In this document: piece after piece, positions 25,585 to 38,569 of the stretch
How positions within the stretch are numbered: position 1 is the stretch's first letter
How the letters are laid out: each line of letters starts with the position of its first letter
Origin: Eledone cirrhosa
Taxonomy: Eukaryota
Direction of reading: 5' to 3'
DNA length: 64,000 bases
Assembly (NCBI GenBank): GCA_964016885.1
Contig: OZ024743.1
Location: 66,774,001 to 66,838,000, forward strand
Position numbers and translations under genes: made by a program
Notes under the pieces: model-generated
Database searches by the model: none
What the model saw: the letters and a program-made list of their open reading frames with translations, nothing else
What the model was told of the DNA's origin: nothing

Positions 25585-26202
25585 GGTCGGGTCACTCTTG
25601 AGTGCTACTGGTAACATGTAACACAGTACAACCTGTCGCATGTTCGGGTCGTCGGCGACTAAACCGGCAACCCCACCATGTTTACTTGGTGAGGAGGGTG
25701 ATGTTGGACACTCTGCAGGACAAAAGACAAAACCTGACAAAGGGCGGAAGAGCTCATAAGAGTTAACGCCATCTGAAAGTGTGTAAATATGTATATACAC
25801 ATGTACATATATATGTATATGTGTATATACATGATTACATGTGTATGTATATGCGCGGGGACATAGAAATAGTTGGGCTGGACACCTGTTCGCGCGGTTA
25901 AACCACTGGGAGTGACGGACCCTTAGCCTTTGTCAGGGCATTCTTCTAGGAGAAGGCAACTCAGGAAACTGGGATAATTCCGATATAAAACCTGCGGCTC
26001 AGTAGTCACCGATGATGTTGATCTTTTCTTCGTTTCGGGTTATAGCTACTATCGCTCAGAGAGTGGGATTGGCTCAGTGCACAGTCTTTCCTCACTTTAA
26101 AAAATATCTTCACACACAGGCATTGCAGGATAGAATTAATTAATAATTATTAATAATGGTATATCGTGCAATGGCCATACTCGATAACGAGGGGGCAGCC
26201 AT
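25585..26202 (+). mobile_element. Related non-autonomous RTE-derived fragments
   Basis: 25585-25775 resembles 21425-21615; 25915-26090 carries CCCTTAGCCTTTGTCAGGGC..CTAGGAGAAGG..GAGAGTGGGATTGGCT; ends in GGCAGCCATC before (TATG)n. Confidence 0.65.
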
Positions 26203-26905
26203 CATTTATGTATATATGTGTATGTATGTATGTGTATGTATGTATGTATGTATGTGTATGTATGTAAGTATGTATGTATGTGTATGTATGTATGTGTCTG
26301 TATGTACCCGTAAATCCTTATGGCGCCGTAGAGCTACCGTCACGACATACAGCGTGTCGTGGGTACTTTAAACCTGGTGGTCTCAGCTGATTTCTTCCAT
26401 AGAAGGATAGAAAGTTAAGGAATGGAAGTGAGGAAGCCATAGGAATAACCGGGCCCCAGTACGTGACTGGTACTTCTTTTTATATCAACTTCTCATGCGT
26501 ACGAGAATATTCTTGTCTCAGGTTATTGTCGTTCACCTGGTCGGGATCAGTTTCCAGGGCGAACCACGAGGGAGCCGACAACGTTGGCCCTGTATCCACC
26601 TGGAAAGGGTGAAAGACAATGTTGACCTTGGCGGGGTCTAAAATTTTAATGCAAAGAGCCATAACAGACACTACAACAGCATTTTATCAGACGCTCTAAC
26701 AATTCTTCTAATGTACCACCATGGGATGCCTAATCATTAAAAGTAGAGTGAGATTTTGTTCATTTGAGCAAGATTTTATTTTCACAAAATATGCTTTTGT
26801 TCCTTCTGAATACCGATGGCATACATTTCCATATCTATACGTGCTCACGCACGCCTATACCCACCCCCATTTACATATATATATGTGCGTATGTTCGTGT
26901 GTGAG

Positions 26906-27010
<105 letters not shown>

Positions 27011-27261
27011 GTGTGTATGCGCACATATATATGTATATGTTTGTGTGTGAATTTAATATGTATAATAAGTAAAATTTCGGCGGTGGTCTTTAGATTTATT
27101 ATGAGATTTACATAATGCTGAACATCCAACCTTGTCATTTATATCTAATCCTCTCAATTTACAACCTAATTTCTTTATTCTTGGTTTTCATTTCGTGATC
27201 TACTGCATTGTGTTCCGATGTCGGACTGACTCTGCAGTATATTAGTTTTCCTATAGAAATA

Positions 27262-27268
27262 AAAATAA

Positions 27269-27299
<31 letters not shown>

Positions 27300-28653
27300 A
27301 ATAATGATTTCTTTATTGGCCACAAAGGCTGACATCAAGAAAAACAATACAGACGGCACATGACGGTACAGGACGGTACGATGTGGGTTTTGTGCGTGTA
27401 CATATTTTTATTATTTATATAAGAAAAGAAAAAAAGACATAGAAACATATATATATATATATATAAACAATAAAAATGAAAATTGAAACAATGAAAAATT
27501 CCCCAATAGGAGGGAAACCTCCGAGGGTTACTCGTGGCGAAAACCACACAAAAGACCACGGCCACCCTGACCACCAGGGCAAGCGCCCTCTCTCAATTTT
27601 TCCATTTCTCAAACTACAGACGTATATTCAGAGCGGTCCCGTTCACTCGGACCATTCTCGCCACATTCACCCACTTTCAACAAACTTGCTAGAAAGCAGC
27701 ACTTGCCTCTCCACCCTGATTTTCCTCTTCAAGTGAAACTTGAAAAAAGTTAATTAGGGATTCGCCGAAGAGGAAAGTATCTGTCTTTAACCCTTTCAAC
27801 CTTGTCCACCACACCATCTCTTTCGCCATGGCCACCAGGTATATGAAAACCACCTGCCCTTCCTCCTCGAAGGAAGACGGCGAGACCATCTGCACAATGG
27901 ACTCAGTCGATAACCGGATCAGTCCTACACGCGACAGCAACTGTTCGACATAGCTCCACAAGTCAGCAATGCTCGGGCACTGAACGAGTGCGTACACGAC
28001 GGTTTTGTCGCTCTGCGCGCATCTCGGACAGGCTCGGCTGACGGCACTTCCGTGCATGTAGAGCTTATCTTGAACCGGCAGAGCTCCCCGGTAGCACTGC
28101 CAGGCCAGGGATTTTTGGAAGTTATCTATAGGCCCTGGGCTGAAAGTTCTCCGGAAGAGAGCAAACAGCTGATCTTCTTCAACGCCCAGGATCTCTCCGA
28201 GAACGTCGTCGCTCTTCCCCTCCACTAGTCCTCTATAGAACGCCGCGGTGGATGTTCCACCGATACTGGTGCCCAGCTGGCAGAGGGCAGTGAGCGCCTG
28301 GAAACATTCCAGTTTCCAAGCGCTATCCCTCGGTCTTTTTCTGACCCAGGACTGCAGCTCCGTTAAGGAGACGAGCTGTGGGAAAACGTGCCTGGCGAAC
28401 GGCGACCACACCTGTTCACCGTCAAGGAACCACCAGATATGTCGCAGCCTCAGCGCATGTTTGCGCATCATCAGCCATGGCATGCCCAGTCCCACACGCA
28501 ACGGGTGTTGACAGCAGATGGATCGTCTGACCATGGGAGCGCGTCCCTTTCACAAAAAGCGGAAGAGGAGGCGCTCCATTTTGGTGAGAGTTGGACCGGG
28601 GCAAGGGACGACGATGAGGCGGTAGCAGATGACGGATGCGATGTACGCATTCG
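27262..28653 (-). mobile_element. Tx1/L1-clade LINE copy 1 (5'-truncated, ORF2 C-terminus + 3'UTR + (ATT)n tail)
   Basis: VRRSICCQHP..GLGMP..LAWQCYRGALPV.DKL..RACPRCAQSDKTVVYALVQCP (zinc-binding C-terminus); AATAAA followed by (ATT)n. Confidence 0.85.
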
Positions 28654-31600
28654 AATGGTTTCTTTAACCACAAGGGTTTACACAAAGTAAGACATTAAGG
28701 ACAGTAGAGGACAATACAGGACAATATAGGACGGTACAAATGGGCATTTCTGGGTGTAAAAAAAACTAAAACAGAGGATGTAACAAAAAAAAAAAGGAAC
28801 AATGAAAAATTTCCCAATAGGGGGACACTTCCGAGGGCCATCACGGAGAAAGCCCATTAAAAAAGACACGGTGACCCTGACCACCAGGGCAAGTGCACTC
28901 TCCCAGTTTTCCACCTTCAATTTACAGGCACATGATCAGAGTAGGCCCATTCACTCGGGCCATTCTTGCCTCTCTCACCAATCTTTCAGCAAAATGCTGG
29001 GAAGAGAGCACTTCCCTTTCTACCCTGATTTTCCTTTTCAAATGAAATTTGAAAAAGTTTATCAGGGCATCACCGAAGTGGTAAGTGCTCGTCTTCAGCC
29101 CTTTCAAACGTGTCCACCATACTATCTCTTTCGCCATGGCCACCAGACAGATAAAAACTGCCTGCCCTTCCCGGCTAAAGGAAGAGGGCGGGGCAATCCT
29201 CACGATGGACTCAGCTGATAGCTGGATCCGTCCCACACGCGACAGCAGGTGTTCGACATAAACCCACAAGTCAGCAATGCTCGGACACTGGACGAGTGCG
29301 TGCAGGACGGTTTCGTCGCCCTGCGCGCATCTCGGACATGCCCGGCTGACGGCACCTCCATGCCTGTAGAGTTTATCCCGAACTGGCAAACTCCTCGGTA
29401 GCACTGCCAGGCCAGGGATTTCTGGAAGTTGTCCATATGCCCCGGCCCGAAAGTTCTTCCGAAGAGATTGGCTAGTTGATTTTCGTCGACGCCTAGAGTT
29501 TCCCCAACTCTAGGCGTCGTCGCTCATCCCCTCCACTAATCCTCTATAGAACGCCAAGGTGGAGTTTCCACCGATCACATTGCCCGATTGGTCGAGGGCT
29601 GTGAGCGCCTGAAGACATTCCAGTCTCCAAGCGCTCCCTCTCGGTCTTCGCTTGACTCAGGACTGCAGCTCCGTCAAGGAGACGAGCTGGGGAAAGACGT
29701 GTCTAGCAAACGGAGACCACACCTGATCACCATCGAGGAAGAGGTGGAGATGTCGTAGCCTGAGCGCGTGTCTGCGCATCATCAGCCACGGCATTCCCAG
29801 CCCTCCACGTAGCGGATGTTGACAGCAGATGGACCGCCTGACCATCGGAGCGCGTCCCTTCCACAAAAAGCGAAAGATCAAACGCTCCAGCTCAGTCAGG
29901 CGAGGCTTAGGACAAGATACGACGGTCAGGCGGTAGTAGATGACGGACACGATGTACACATTCGCCACCTCCGCTCGACCTTTCTGGGATAGCTTCCTCT
30001 CTGCCAATTTCTGGATGAGAGAAGCCACCCTGCTCGTCACCTCATCCCAGTTTTTCTCCGTCTGGAGGTCCGGACCGAACTAGACCCCTAGCAATTTAAC
30101 CGATGACGCTGTTGGACGGCATGGACCTGCCTCTCCAGATGCCGAGCTGCAGGCCCACCGACTTTTCCTGGTTGATCATTGCTCCTGTCGCCGCTTCGTA
30201 TTCTCTTAGTGTAGTGCCGATCGCCTCGATGTGTTTGGCGTTCGACACCACTACGACGACATCGTCCACATATTCTGACACGGATCTTCGCTTCCTAGTT
30301 CGCGCGGGACCCACCTCAACGTCTCCAGTTTGTGCAGTAATGGCTCGAGAGTCAATACGTACAAGAGGGACGAGAGGGGACATCCTTGGCGGGCCGAGCT
30401 CATAATATTGAACGGTTCCGAAAGGTGACCGTTCACTCTCACCACAGAGCAAATGTCGCTGTGCATGGCAGTGATCCAGCCTCTGAAGACGGGCCCAAAG
30501 CCGGCCGCCCTCAGTACTACCGCCAGATAACGATGGTCGACCCTATCGAAAGCTTTCGAATGATCTAAATTGATCAAGGACCTACCCGTGCCAGGTTCTC
30601 TAGCTACCCTCACCGCGATGTATCGAATGAGGTGAAGGTTGTCGTGGATGGATCTGTCTGGAATGGCGCATGTCTGCGCCTCTTCCACTGGAACATCAGC
30701 GACAAGCGCCAACCTCTTTGCTAGCACCTTGGCCAAAATCTTGAACTGTGTGTTTAGCAGAGTTATGGGCCTAAAATTATCTATGTTATCCCCCTTGTTC
30801 GGATCCTTTCTCAGCAGCGCCACTGCTCCTCGGCTAACAGAGCTGGGAATTCTCCCGTTCTGTTGCCAGTTGCAGTAGACGTCCGACAAGAGGCCTCCGA
30901 ACAAGTTTGGCATCTGTACGTAAAGTTCATAGGGAAGACCATCCAAACCAGGCGATTTACCCCTTGAGCAGCCAGACATTGTCTCCCGTACTTCAGCTGC
31001 TCTTATCAGCTTTTTGCAACACTCCGCCTCAGTGGCCGAGAGCCGCGGCAGTCCGTCGAGGTAGGCACTATAGTCCATCCCTCGATCCGGCCCGCCGCTG
31101 CCCCCGAACAGCTGAGCGAAGTGTCGCTGAAAAGCTTCACACATTTTCCCGGGATCAAGTAGCATGCGCCCGTCGTGGTCCACCAAAGACCGGATTGTGG
31201 CTTTGTTGCCACGACGCGCCTCCGCCACTCGGGCCCATTGAACGGCTTTCGTTCCCTCGTGTCTGAGAGCACGCACCCTAGCTCTGACAACGCAGCCTTC
31301 GTGCTTTGCATTGAAGACTTGTTCAAGGGCCAATTTCTCCGCAAGTGCGTCGGTCGCGATGCCTTTGCTATGCGCCTCGTCTAATTTTCTAACTAGTTCT
31401 CCCTCTACTCTATTTTTCTCTATTGCTAAAGCCTTACTAAACCTTATGGACTCTATTCTAATCGCTCTTTTCAGAGCAAACCACCATTTGTTGTTGACGA
31501 TGGCCCCCGTCAACGCCCGCTTAACTAGTTCGTTAATCCGGTCCCTATTAATGACGCGTTTAGCTTCCAGTAGCCGGGTCCCTGTCTATGAAGCCTATCT

Positions 31601-32610
31601 AAGTCAACCACACAGATCACGAATTTGTGGTCCGTGTAGCTGACTATCTTGAATTGTGGACAGCCTATGCGAGACCTATCTATTTCCCTACAAAATACTC
31701 TATCTAGATATGATCTGGATGACTCGATGCGGTTTATCCAAGTCCACATTGGCACATTCGAGAAATCCAATAGGTACCTGTCCGACAGTTGAAAACGCCT
31801 GAGTAGGTTTGTGAGGCTTTTACACCCTCCTCCCCTATCCACTAATCCCACACAATCCCAGCGTGCAGCTAAGATCCCGTTCCAGTCGCCCACTAATACT
31901 AGAGAGCGGGACATTCAGAGAAAGGTCTCCAGACGCCGGAAGAATTCAGGCCGTCCTGCTCCTGTTGGGGCATAGGCGGCCACTAGCCTGAAAGCTTGTC
32001 CTTCTCCGCTGGTCACGTCCAGTACCACCAACTTACCCTCTGGGTCCAAGAAGACGGCTCGTATCTCGAAATCCAGACTTCTCCGGAACAACACAACCAC
32101 TCCCCTCCTCCCCCAGATCCGGGACGGCTTGGAGATGTGTACACCTCGTAGCCGCCGAAAATGGGTGCGAATACCCGTGCCTCTTAGACTCTGGTCTCAC
32201 TGATGGCCACCACATCTATTTTTAGCGACCTGAGATCGTTCAGCAGGTGGCCCTGCTTCCAAGACGACCCCAGGTCACGTACATTTATGCTACCTATTCT
32301 GAGAGAAGCCATGTTGGCTAGGATAGGAGGAAAACAAGTGAGAGGGGAGAGGTACAAAAAATTACCTGTGGCTCTTCTTTAGGAAGGGGGTGGGTGATCC
32401 ATCCCTCCGACCATTGGTGGGTTTCTCCACGAGAATATCCGTGAATATTCTTTTGGTGATGTTCCCTCGGTAGTCTCCAATTGATGTGGGGAACATTTTT
32501 TTTTTGTGTTATGTAATTTTTTGTGTAATTTCTATTATTTTTATGGGTGTGTGGGGTGCATTTTTGGTGGTTTGTACGTAGTTTGTTTCTGTGATGTTGA
32601 TGTGGTGTTG
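28654..32610 (-). mobile_element. Tx1/L1-clade LINE copy 2 with full-length but frameshifted ORF2 (28922-32312)
   Basis: ATG at 32312 gives MASLRIGSINVR..DVVAISETR (APE), LVGDWN, SYLDR, YTDH, GPGYWKLN, KSPGLDGLPYE, FRPITLLN, DHSKAFDRVDH, RQGCPLS, YVDD, CPRC..HALVQC; probable ORF1 tail at 32318-32600. Confidence 0.92.
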
Positions 32611-33897
32611 AATGTACAGGACGATACAAAGTGGGTTTTGGCAGTGTAAATAGGTTATAACAAAATTGGGCTAGAAATAAAAAAAAATCAAACAACAAAA
32701 ATTACCCAAAAAGGGGGAAACCTACGAGAGTCACTCGTGGTGAAAACCACACAAAAAGACCACGGCCACCCTGACCACCAGGGCTAGCACCCTCTCTCAT
32801 TTTCCCACTCCTCAGTCTACAGGCGCATACAGAGCGGGCCCGTTCACTCGGACCAGACTCGCCACTTTCACCCACCTTTCAACAAACATACTAGAAGACA
32901 GCACTTTCTCTTCGCCCTGATTTTCCTCTTCAAGTGAAACTTGAAAAACTTAATCAGAGATTGGCCAAAGAGGAAAGTGTCCGTCTTCAGCCCTTTCAAC
33001 CTTATCCACCACACAATCTCTTTCGCCATGGCCACGAGGAAGATGAAAACTGCCTGCCCTTCCTCCTCTTTAAAGGAGGATGGCGGGGCTATCTACACAA
33101 TGGACTCAGTCGATAACCGGATCCGTCTTACACGCGGCAGCAACTGTTCGACATAGCTCCACAAGTCAGCAATCCTCGGGCACTGAACAAGTTCGTGCAG
33201 GATGGTTTCGTCGACCTGCGCGCATCACGGACAGGCTCGGCTGACAGCACCTCCGTGCTTGTAGAGCTTATCTCGAACCGGCAACGCTCATCCGTAGCAC
33301 TGCCAGGCCAGAGATTTCTGTGAAGTTGTCCATAGGCCCCGGTCTGAAAGTTCTCTTGAAGAGAGTGAATAGCTGATCGTCTTCGACGCCCAGGCTCTCC
33401 ACGAGAACGTCGTCGCTCTTTACCTCCACTAGCCCTCTATAGAACGCCGAGGTGGATGTTCCACCGATACAAGTGCCCAGCTAGTACAGGGCGGTGAGCG
33501 CTTGGAGACATTCCAGCTTCCAAGTGCTATCCCTAAGTTTTTCCTGATCCAGGACTGCAGCTCCGCCAAGGAGACGAGCTGGAGAAAAGCGCGTCTGGCA
33601 AACGGCGAACACACCTGTTCACCGTCAAGGAAGCACCAGAGATGTCGCAGCCTCAGCGCATGTTTACGCATCATCAGCCACGGCATGCCTAGTACTCCAC
33701 GCAAAAGGTGTTGACAGCAAATGGATCGTCTGACCAAGGGAGCACATCCCTTCCACAAAAGGCGGAAGAGAGGGCGCTCCGTTTTGGTGAGAGTTGGGCG
33801 GGGCAAGGTACGACGGTCAGGCGGTAGCAGATGACGGACGTTATGTATGCATTCGCCACCTCGGCCCGATCTTTCAGAGACAGCCTTCTCTTCTTTA
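32610..33897 (-). mobile_element. Tx1/L1-clade LINE copy 3 (5'-truncated)
   Basis: RLSLKDRAEVANAYI.SVICYRLTVVPCP..VRRSICCQH; homologous to copy 1; same structured 3'UTR at 32700-32800. Confidence 0.85.
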
Positions 33898-34379
33898 GCA
33901 TCCAAACAGACCGAAAAATAGATGCAAATAGACCTGATATAATACTGAAGGACTTTAAAAAGAGGATATGCCTGCTAATTTATATGTCCGTTCCAATAGA
34001 CAAGAATGTGTCTATAAAAACATTTGAAAAAATGAGCAAGTATAAGGGCCTGGAGATAGAAATTGGAAAAATGTGGAAATTGAGAACTAAAACAATACCA
34101 GTGGTTGTAGGCGCTCTAGGAATGATACCTAAGGGGTCTAATGATTACTTATCGCAAATCCCAGGAAACCCGCGTATAGGAGAAATACAAAAGATAGTAC
34201 TAATGGGAACTGCCCATATACTAAGGAAGATTCTGTCAATATAAGTACATCACAAGTCTAAACACTTAAAGATGCATGTGTGAGTATGTATGTTCTTTCT
34301 TGAACATGGCGGACCTTGTTGTCTCTTGAGGTCACTGGTATTAAATCGTATATGAACATAAAGCAAGATAAATGCAGCT

Positions 34380-34441
<62 letters not shown>
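33897..34441 (+). mobile_element. R4/Dong-like 3' fragment ending in (TAA)n
   Basis: IQTDRKIDANRPDIIL..EKMSKYKGLEIEI.KMW..IPVVVGALG..IQKIVLMGTAHILRKILSI; (TAA)~20 at 34381-34441. Confidence 0.85.
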
Positions 34442-34442
<1 letters not shown>

Positions 34443-35441
34443 CTTTCTTTATTAACCACAAGGGTCTACATAAAGTAGACATTAAGGACAGTACAGGACA
34501 ATACAGGGCGGTACAAATGCATTTCTGCGTGTAAAAAAAAAAAGAAACAGAGGATATAATAATAGAACAATGAAAAAAATTCCCCAACAGGGGGGAGACT
34601 TCCGAGGGACATTCGTGGGGAAAGCCCATTAAAAAGCCACAGTGACCCTGACCACCAGGGCAAGTGCCCTCTCCCAGTTTTCCACCTTTAATTTACAGAC
34701 ACATACTCAGAGAAGGCCCATTCATTCGGGCCATACTTGCTTCTCTCACCCATCTTTCAACAAAAAGCTGGGAAGAGAGCACTTCCCTCTCTACCCTGAT
34801 TTTCCTTTTCAAATGAAATTTGAAAAAGTTAATCAGGGCATCACCGAAGTGGTAAGTGCTCGTCTTCAGCCCTTTCAAACGTGTCCACCATACTATCTCT
34901 TTCGCCATGGCCACCAGACAGATAAAAACTGCCTGCCCTTCCCGGCTAAAGGAAGAGGGCGGGGCAATCCTCACGATGGACTCAGCTGATAGCTGGATCC
35001 GTCCTACACGTGACAGCAGGTGTTCGACATAAACCCACAAGTCAGCAATGCTCGGACACTGGACGAGTGCGTGCAGGACGGTTTCGTCGCCCTGCGCGCA
35101 TCTCGGACATGCCCGGCTGACGGCACCTCCATGCCTGTAGAGTTTATCCCGAACTGGCAAAGCTCCTCGGTAGCACTGCCAGGCCAGGGATTTCTGAAAG
35201 TTATCCATAGGCCCCGGCCCGAAAGTTCTTCCGAAGAGATTGGCTAGTTGATTTTCGTCGACGCCTAGAGTTTCCCCAAGTACGTCGTCGCTCTTCCCCT
35301 CCACTAATCCTCTATAGAACGCCAAGGTGGAGTTTCCACCGATCACATTTCCCGATTGGTCGAGGGCTGTGAGCGCCTGAAGACATTCCAGTCTCCAAGC
35401 GCTCCCTCTCGGTCTTCGCTTGACCCAGGACTGCAGCTCCG
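34441..35441 (-). mobile_element. Tx1/L1-clade LINE copy 4 (5'-truncated), flanked on both sides by (TAA)n
   Basis: Nearly identical to 28690-29670; (TAA)n at 34381-34441 and 35442-35460. Confidence 0.88.
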
Positions 35442-35459
35442 ATAATAATAATAATAATA

Positions 35460-36917
35460 AACTGTCCGTATTTTCAGCAATGATATATGTATGCAATTTG
35501 GTATTAGTAAGTGTGGAGTCCTTGTGATGAAGAGGGGTAAATTGAGCAGAAGCAACGGAATCCAGGTACCAACAGGTGAGATGATAAAGGAAATTGACAC
35601 TGAAGAAGGATACAAGTATTTGGGTGTTCTGGAGGCTGATGACATCAAGAACAAAAAAAAATGAAAGAATTGATAAGATCTGAATACATTTGGAGAGTAA
35701 GGAGCGTATTAAAGTCACATCTGAACAGTAGGAATGCCATAAGTGCAGTAAATTCCCGAGCTGTGTCTATTATTAGGTACAGTGCGGTAATTCTGAGATG
35801 GAATGTTGCTGAACAAAAAGAAATGGATAGGAAGTCTAGGAAGCTATTGACTATCTACAACATGTTCCACAAGAGAAGTGATGTCGATAGACTCTACTTA
35901 AGGAGATCTGAGGGTGGAAGAGGTCTTATCAGCATAGAGGACTGTGTTCAGATGGAGAAAAACAACCTACACAAATACGTGACTGATAGTAAGGAGCCAA
36001 TGCTCAGAACTGTACTGAAGGAGAGGACAATATACCAGGGTATGTCCAAGGAGGAAATAACAACAAAGAGAAAGAGCAGCCTTCATGAAAAATCCCTTCA
36101 TAGTACCTTCTTTGAGAAAACAGAATTCAGAGATCCACAGACATGGAACTGGTTGAAAAGAGGAGACCTTAAAAAGGCTACAGAAGGAATGCTAATGGCT
36201 GCGCAAGAGCAGGCCCTCAAAACGAAGTGGTTGAAACACCATATTTACAAGGAGGAGGCTAGCCCACTGTGCAGGATCTGTGGAGAGAGAGAGGAGACTG
36301 TGGCTCACATTGTATCCGAGTGTAAACACCTAGCCCAGACTCACTATAAGGGCTGGAGAGATGATGTGATGGGCAGGGTGATCCACTGGCACCTATGCAA
36401 AGTAAACAATTTACCACATTCTGAGAAGTGGTATGAGCATAAGCCAGAGTCGGTGATAGAAAACGATCAGGTGAAGGTGGTGTGGGATTTTAGGATACAG
36501 ACGGACAGGAAACTGGAACACAATAGACCTGACCTGGTGGTTGTGGACAAAGAAAAAAGATCGTGGCTGATTGTGGATGTGGCCTGCCCATTCGACACGA
36601 GAGTGCAAGAGAAGGAGAGGGAGAAAATTAACCGATACCAGGACTTAAAGTGGGAGGTAAAAAGGATTTGGAACTGCCATGAAGTCAAAGTGATCCCGAT
36701 TGTCATAGGCGCACTAGGTACTATCTCAAAAAGTTTCCAGGGATGGTTAAAGAAAATTAGTCCAGCCCCGCTTTTTGGAATACTTCAAAAGGCATGCTTG
36801 CTGGGAACAGCAAGAACCCTCCGATACGTCCTGAATATCTGAGACTGCAGGTAGCGGCTTGATATTCATTTCAACAAACTTTCCAGTTAAATAACATCAA
36901 TGACTGAGACTCAAAGA
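35460..36917 (+). mobile_element. R4/Dong-like element, 5'-truncated (RT C-terminus, CCHC, RLE)
   Basis: FGISKC..YKYLGVLE, frameshift in A-run near 35655, then 393-aa ORF with DVDRLYLRRSEGGRGL, AAQEQAL, CRICGEREETVAHIVSEC, RPDLVVVD..DVACP..EKINRY; (TAA)n on both sides. Confidence 0.92.
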
Positions 36918-36944
36918 ATAATAATAATAATAATAATAATAATG

Positions 36945-37390
36945 AAATAATGAAAATAGGGGGAAGAAAATGACAGCATGGGCGTTAAAACTGAGCTGTG
37001 CTTTGCGGACAAAATGGGGAAAGCATTACCGCGTAAAACAGCCAACGAAACTAATTTCATCAACCACACCTACTCATAGGGCTCCTTCCTGAAGGTGTCC
37101 TCTCCATTTTGTGGAGTTAAACTGCAGTTCGTGGACCCAGGACAAAATAGGTTTGGACGGTGGCCGGCAGGAAAAAGAAGCTGTCTGTTATGTCCTGATA
37201 TTTAGAAATATTTTTCTCCTCTGCGTTACGGGCGGCAGTGCTCGAGTTTGTAGCTGAAGCTACAAGTTTGGAGGCGGAGAATTTTCATAGTACGTGGCAT
37301 CCTAGATTAGAGGCATGACATCTCGAACAGGAAAATAATTATCCCGTCAGGACACTTGCCATCACCATTCTTGCATTTCTCAAAGTATAT
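36945..37390 (-). mobile_element. CRE-like RLE non-LTR retrotransposon 3' fragment (degenerate)
   Basis: Not in ORF track; minus-strand translation gives GDGKCPDG..AARNAEEKNISKYQDITDSFFFLP..LGP..VSLAVLRGNAFPIL; ends at the (ATT)n tract 36918-36945. Confidence 0.65.
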
Positions 37391-37401
37391 TGCTGCATTT
37401 A

Positions 37402-38525
37402 CGAGGTTTGTCCCAAAAGTAAAGGTACCGATTTACCTATGTCTGACATATTAAGGCAGCACCAGATTGATGTCTACAGGCGTGTTAGTTATAGTCTTGG
37501 CTGCACGTACATTCTTGTTTCATGACGATCAATTGAGTCCATAGTAAGATATTGCTGTGTATCTAAAGGCTTATCTATAATCTCTGTTACATTTGCGATG
37601 CAGGAAAATATCGAAAAACGGCACGCGAGTGAAACTCAGCAAAATTGCCATTGAAGAATTTAATTTTCTAATACAAGCTTATGGAGATGAAGTAAGCTTT
37701 CTAAGTGGCACAAATCATTGAAAGGGGGTTGGGAAAACGTTGAAGACGAACCTCGTTCTGGAAAACCAATCCCGCCAACAAATGAACAAAATAAGTAGTG
37801 TGAGTAATGTGTTAGGATAATTGCAGAAGAAAAATTGTGCAAAACTAGTGTCCAAACACTTGTCTGTAGAGCAAAAAGCGAACCAGTTGGGAATTTGTCA
37901 GGATTTGCTAGAAAGACTCGAAACTGAGTCAGATTTTTTTGGATAACGTAATAACATGGAAGAATCATGGGTGTTCGAGTACAATCCAGAAAGTAAACGG
38001 TAAAATGAAGAGTGGCGTACGAAGAAAACACGCATGAATAGATCTCGAGTGAAAACGATGATTACCATTTTTTCGACAGCCGTGTTCTTGCTCACAAAGC
38101 CAACACAGATAGTTAATCGCACCTTCTAGAAAGATATCTTGGAAAGATTTCGAAAGCGGGTCCTGCGAGTCTGAAAGGACATTGGAGAGGATTGATTACT
38201 GTACCACCATAACGCGTCTGCTCACACAGCACAATCAGAGACGAAGAAATAGATTCCAACTCTTCCATATCTTCCCTACAACCCAGATTTCGCTTCATAG
38301 GATGTCTACCTATTTTCGAAGTTGAAATCGAAGTTGAATAATCATCAATTTGGGAGTGCAGAAAACGCAAAATTTTGTAATCGACGAGATAAAGACACAC
38401 AAAGAAAATAACTTCCCGTAGTGCTACGATCATTGGAACGAATTTTGAAGCAGATAACTTGTAATTTACTGTACGTCTAATATACATTTAAATAAAACAT
38501 GATACCTCTTTGGGAACAAACCTCA
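37402..38525 (+). mobile_element. Mariner DNA transposon relic
   Basis: TA-flanked imperfect TIRs (TA)CGAGGTTTGTCCCAAAAG / TTTGGGAACAAACCTCA(TA); fragments QAYGDE, KWHKSLKGGWENVEDEPRSGKP, ESWVFEYNPESK, HNASAH, PYNPDFAS.D. Confidence 0.8.
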
Positions 38526-38569
38526 TATGGTTTTAAGTCCAACATTCTAACCACCAGAACATGCGACTT

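Noticed and set aside
32318-32365. GT..AG mini-intron joining Tx1 ORF1 to ORF2
   Set aside because: Only 48 nt, and splicing would not put the open upstream frame in frame with the ORF2 ATG
34693-35718. 341-aa ORF as one protein
   Set aside because: Chimera of antisense Dong sequence, a TAA tract and a Tx1 C-terminus; 33831-34244 is a similar junction artefact
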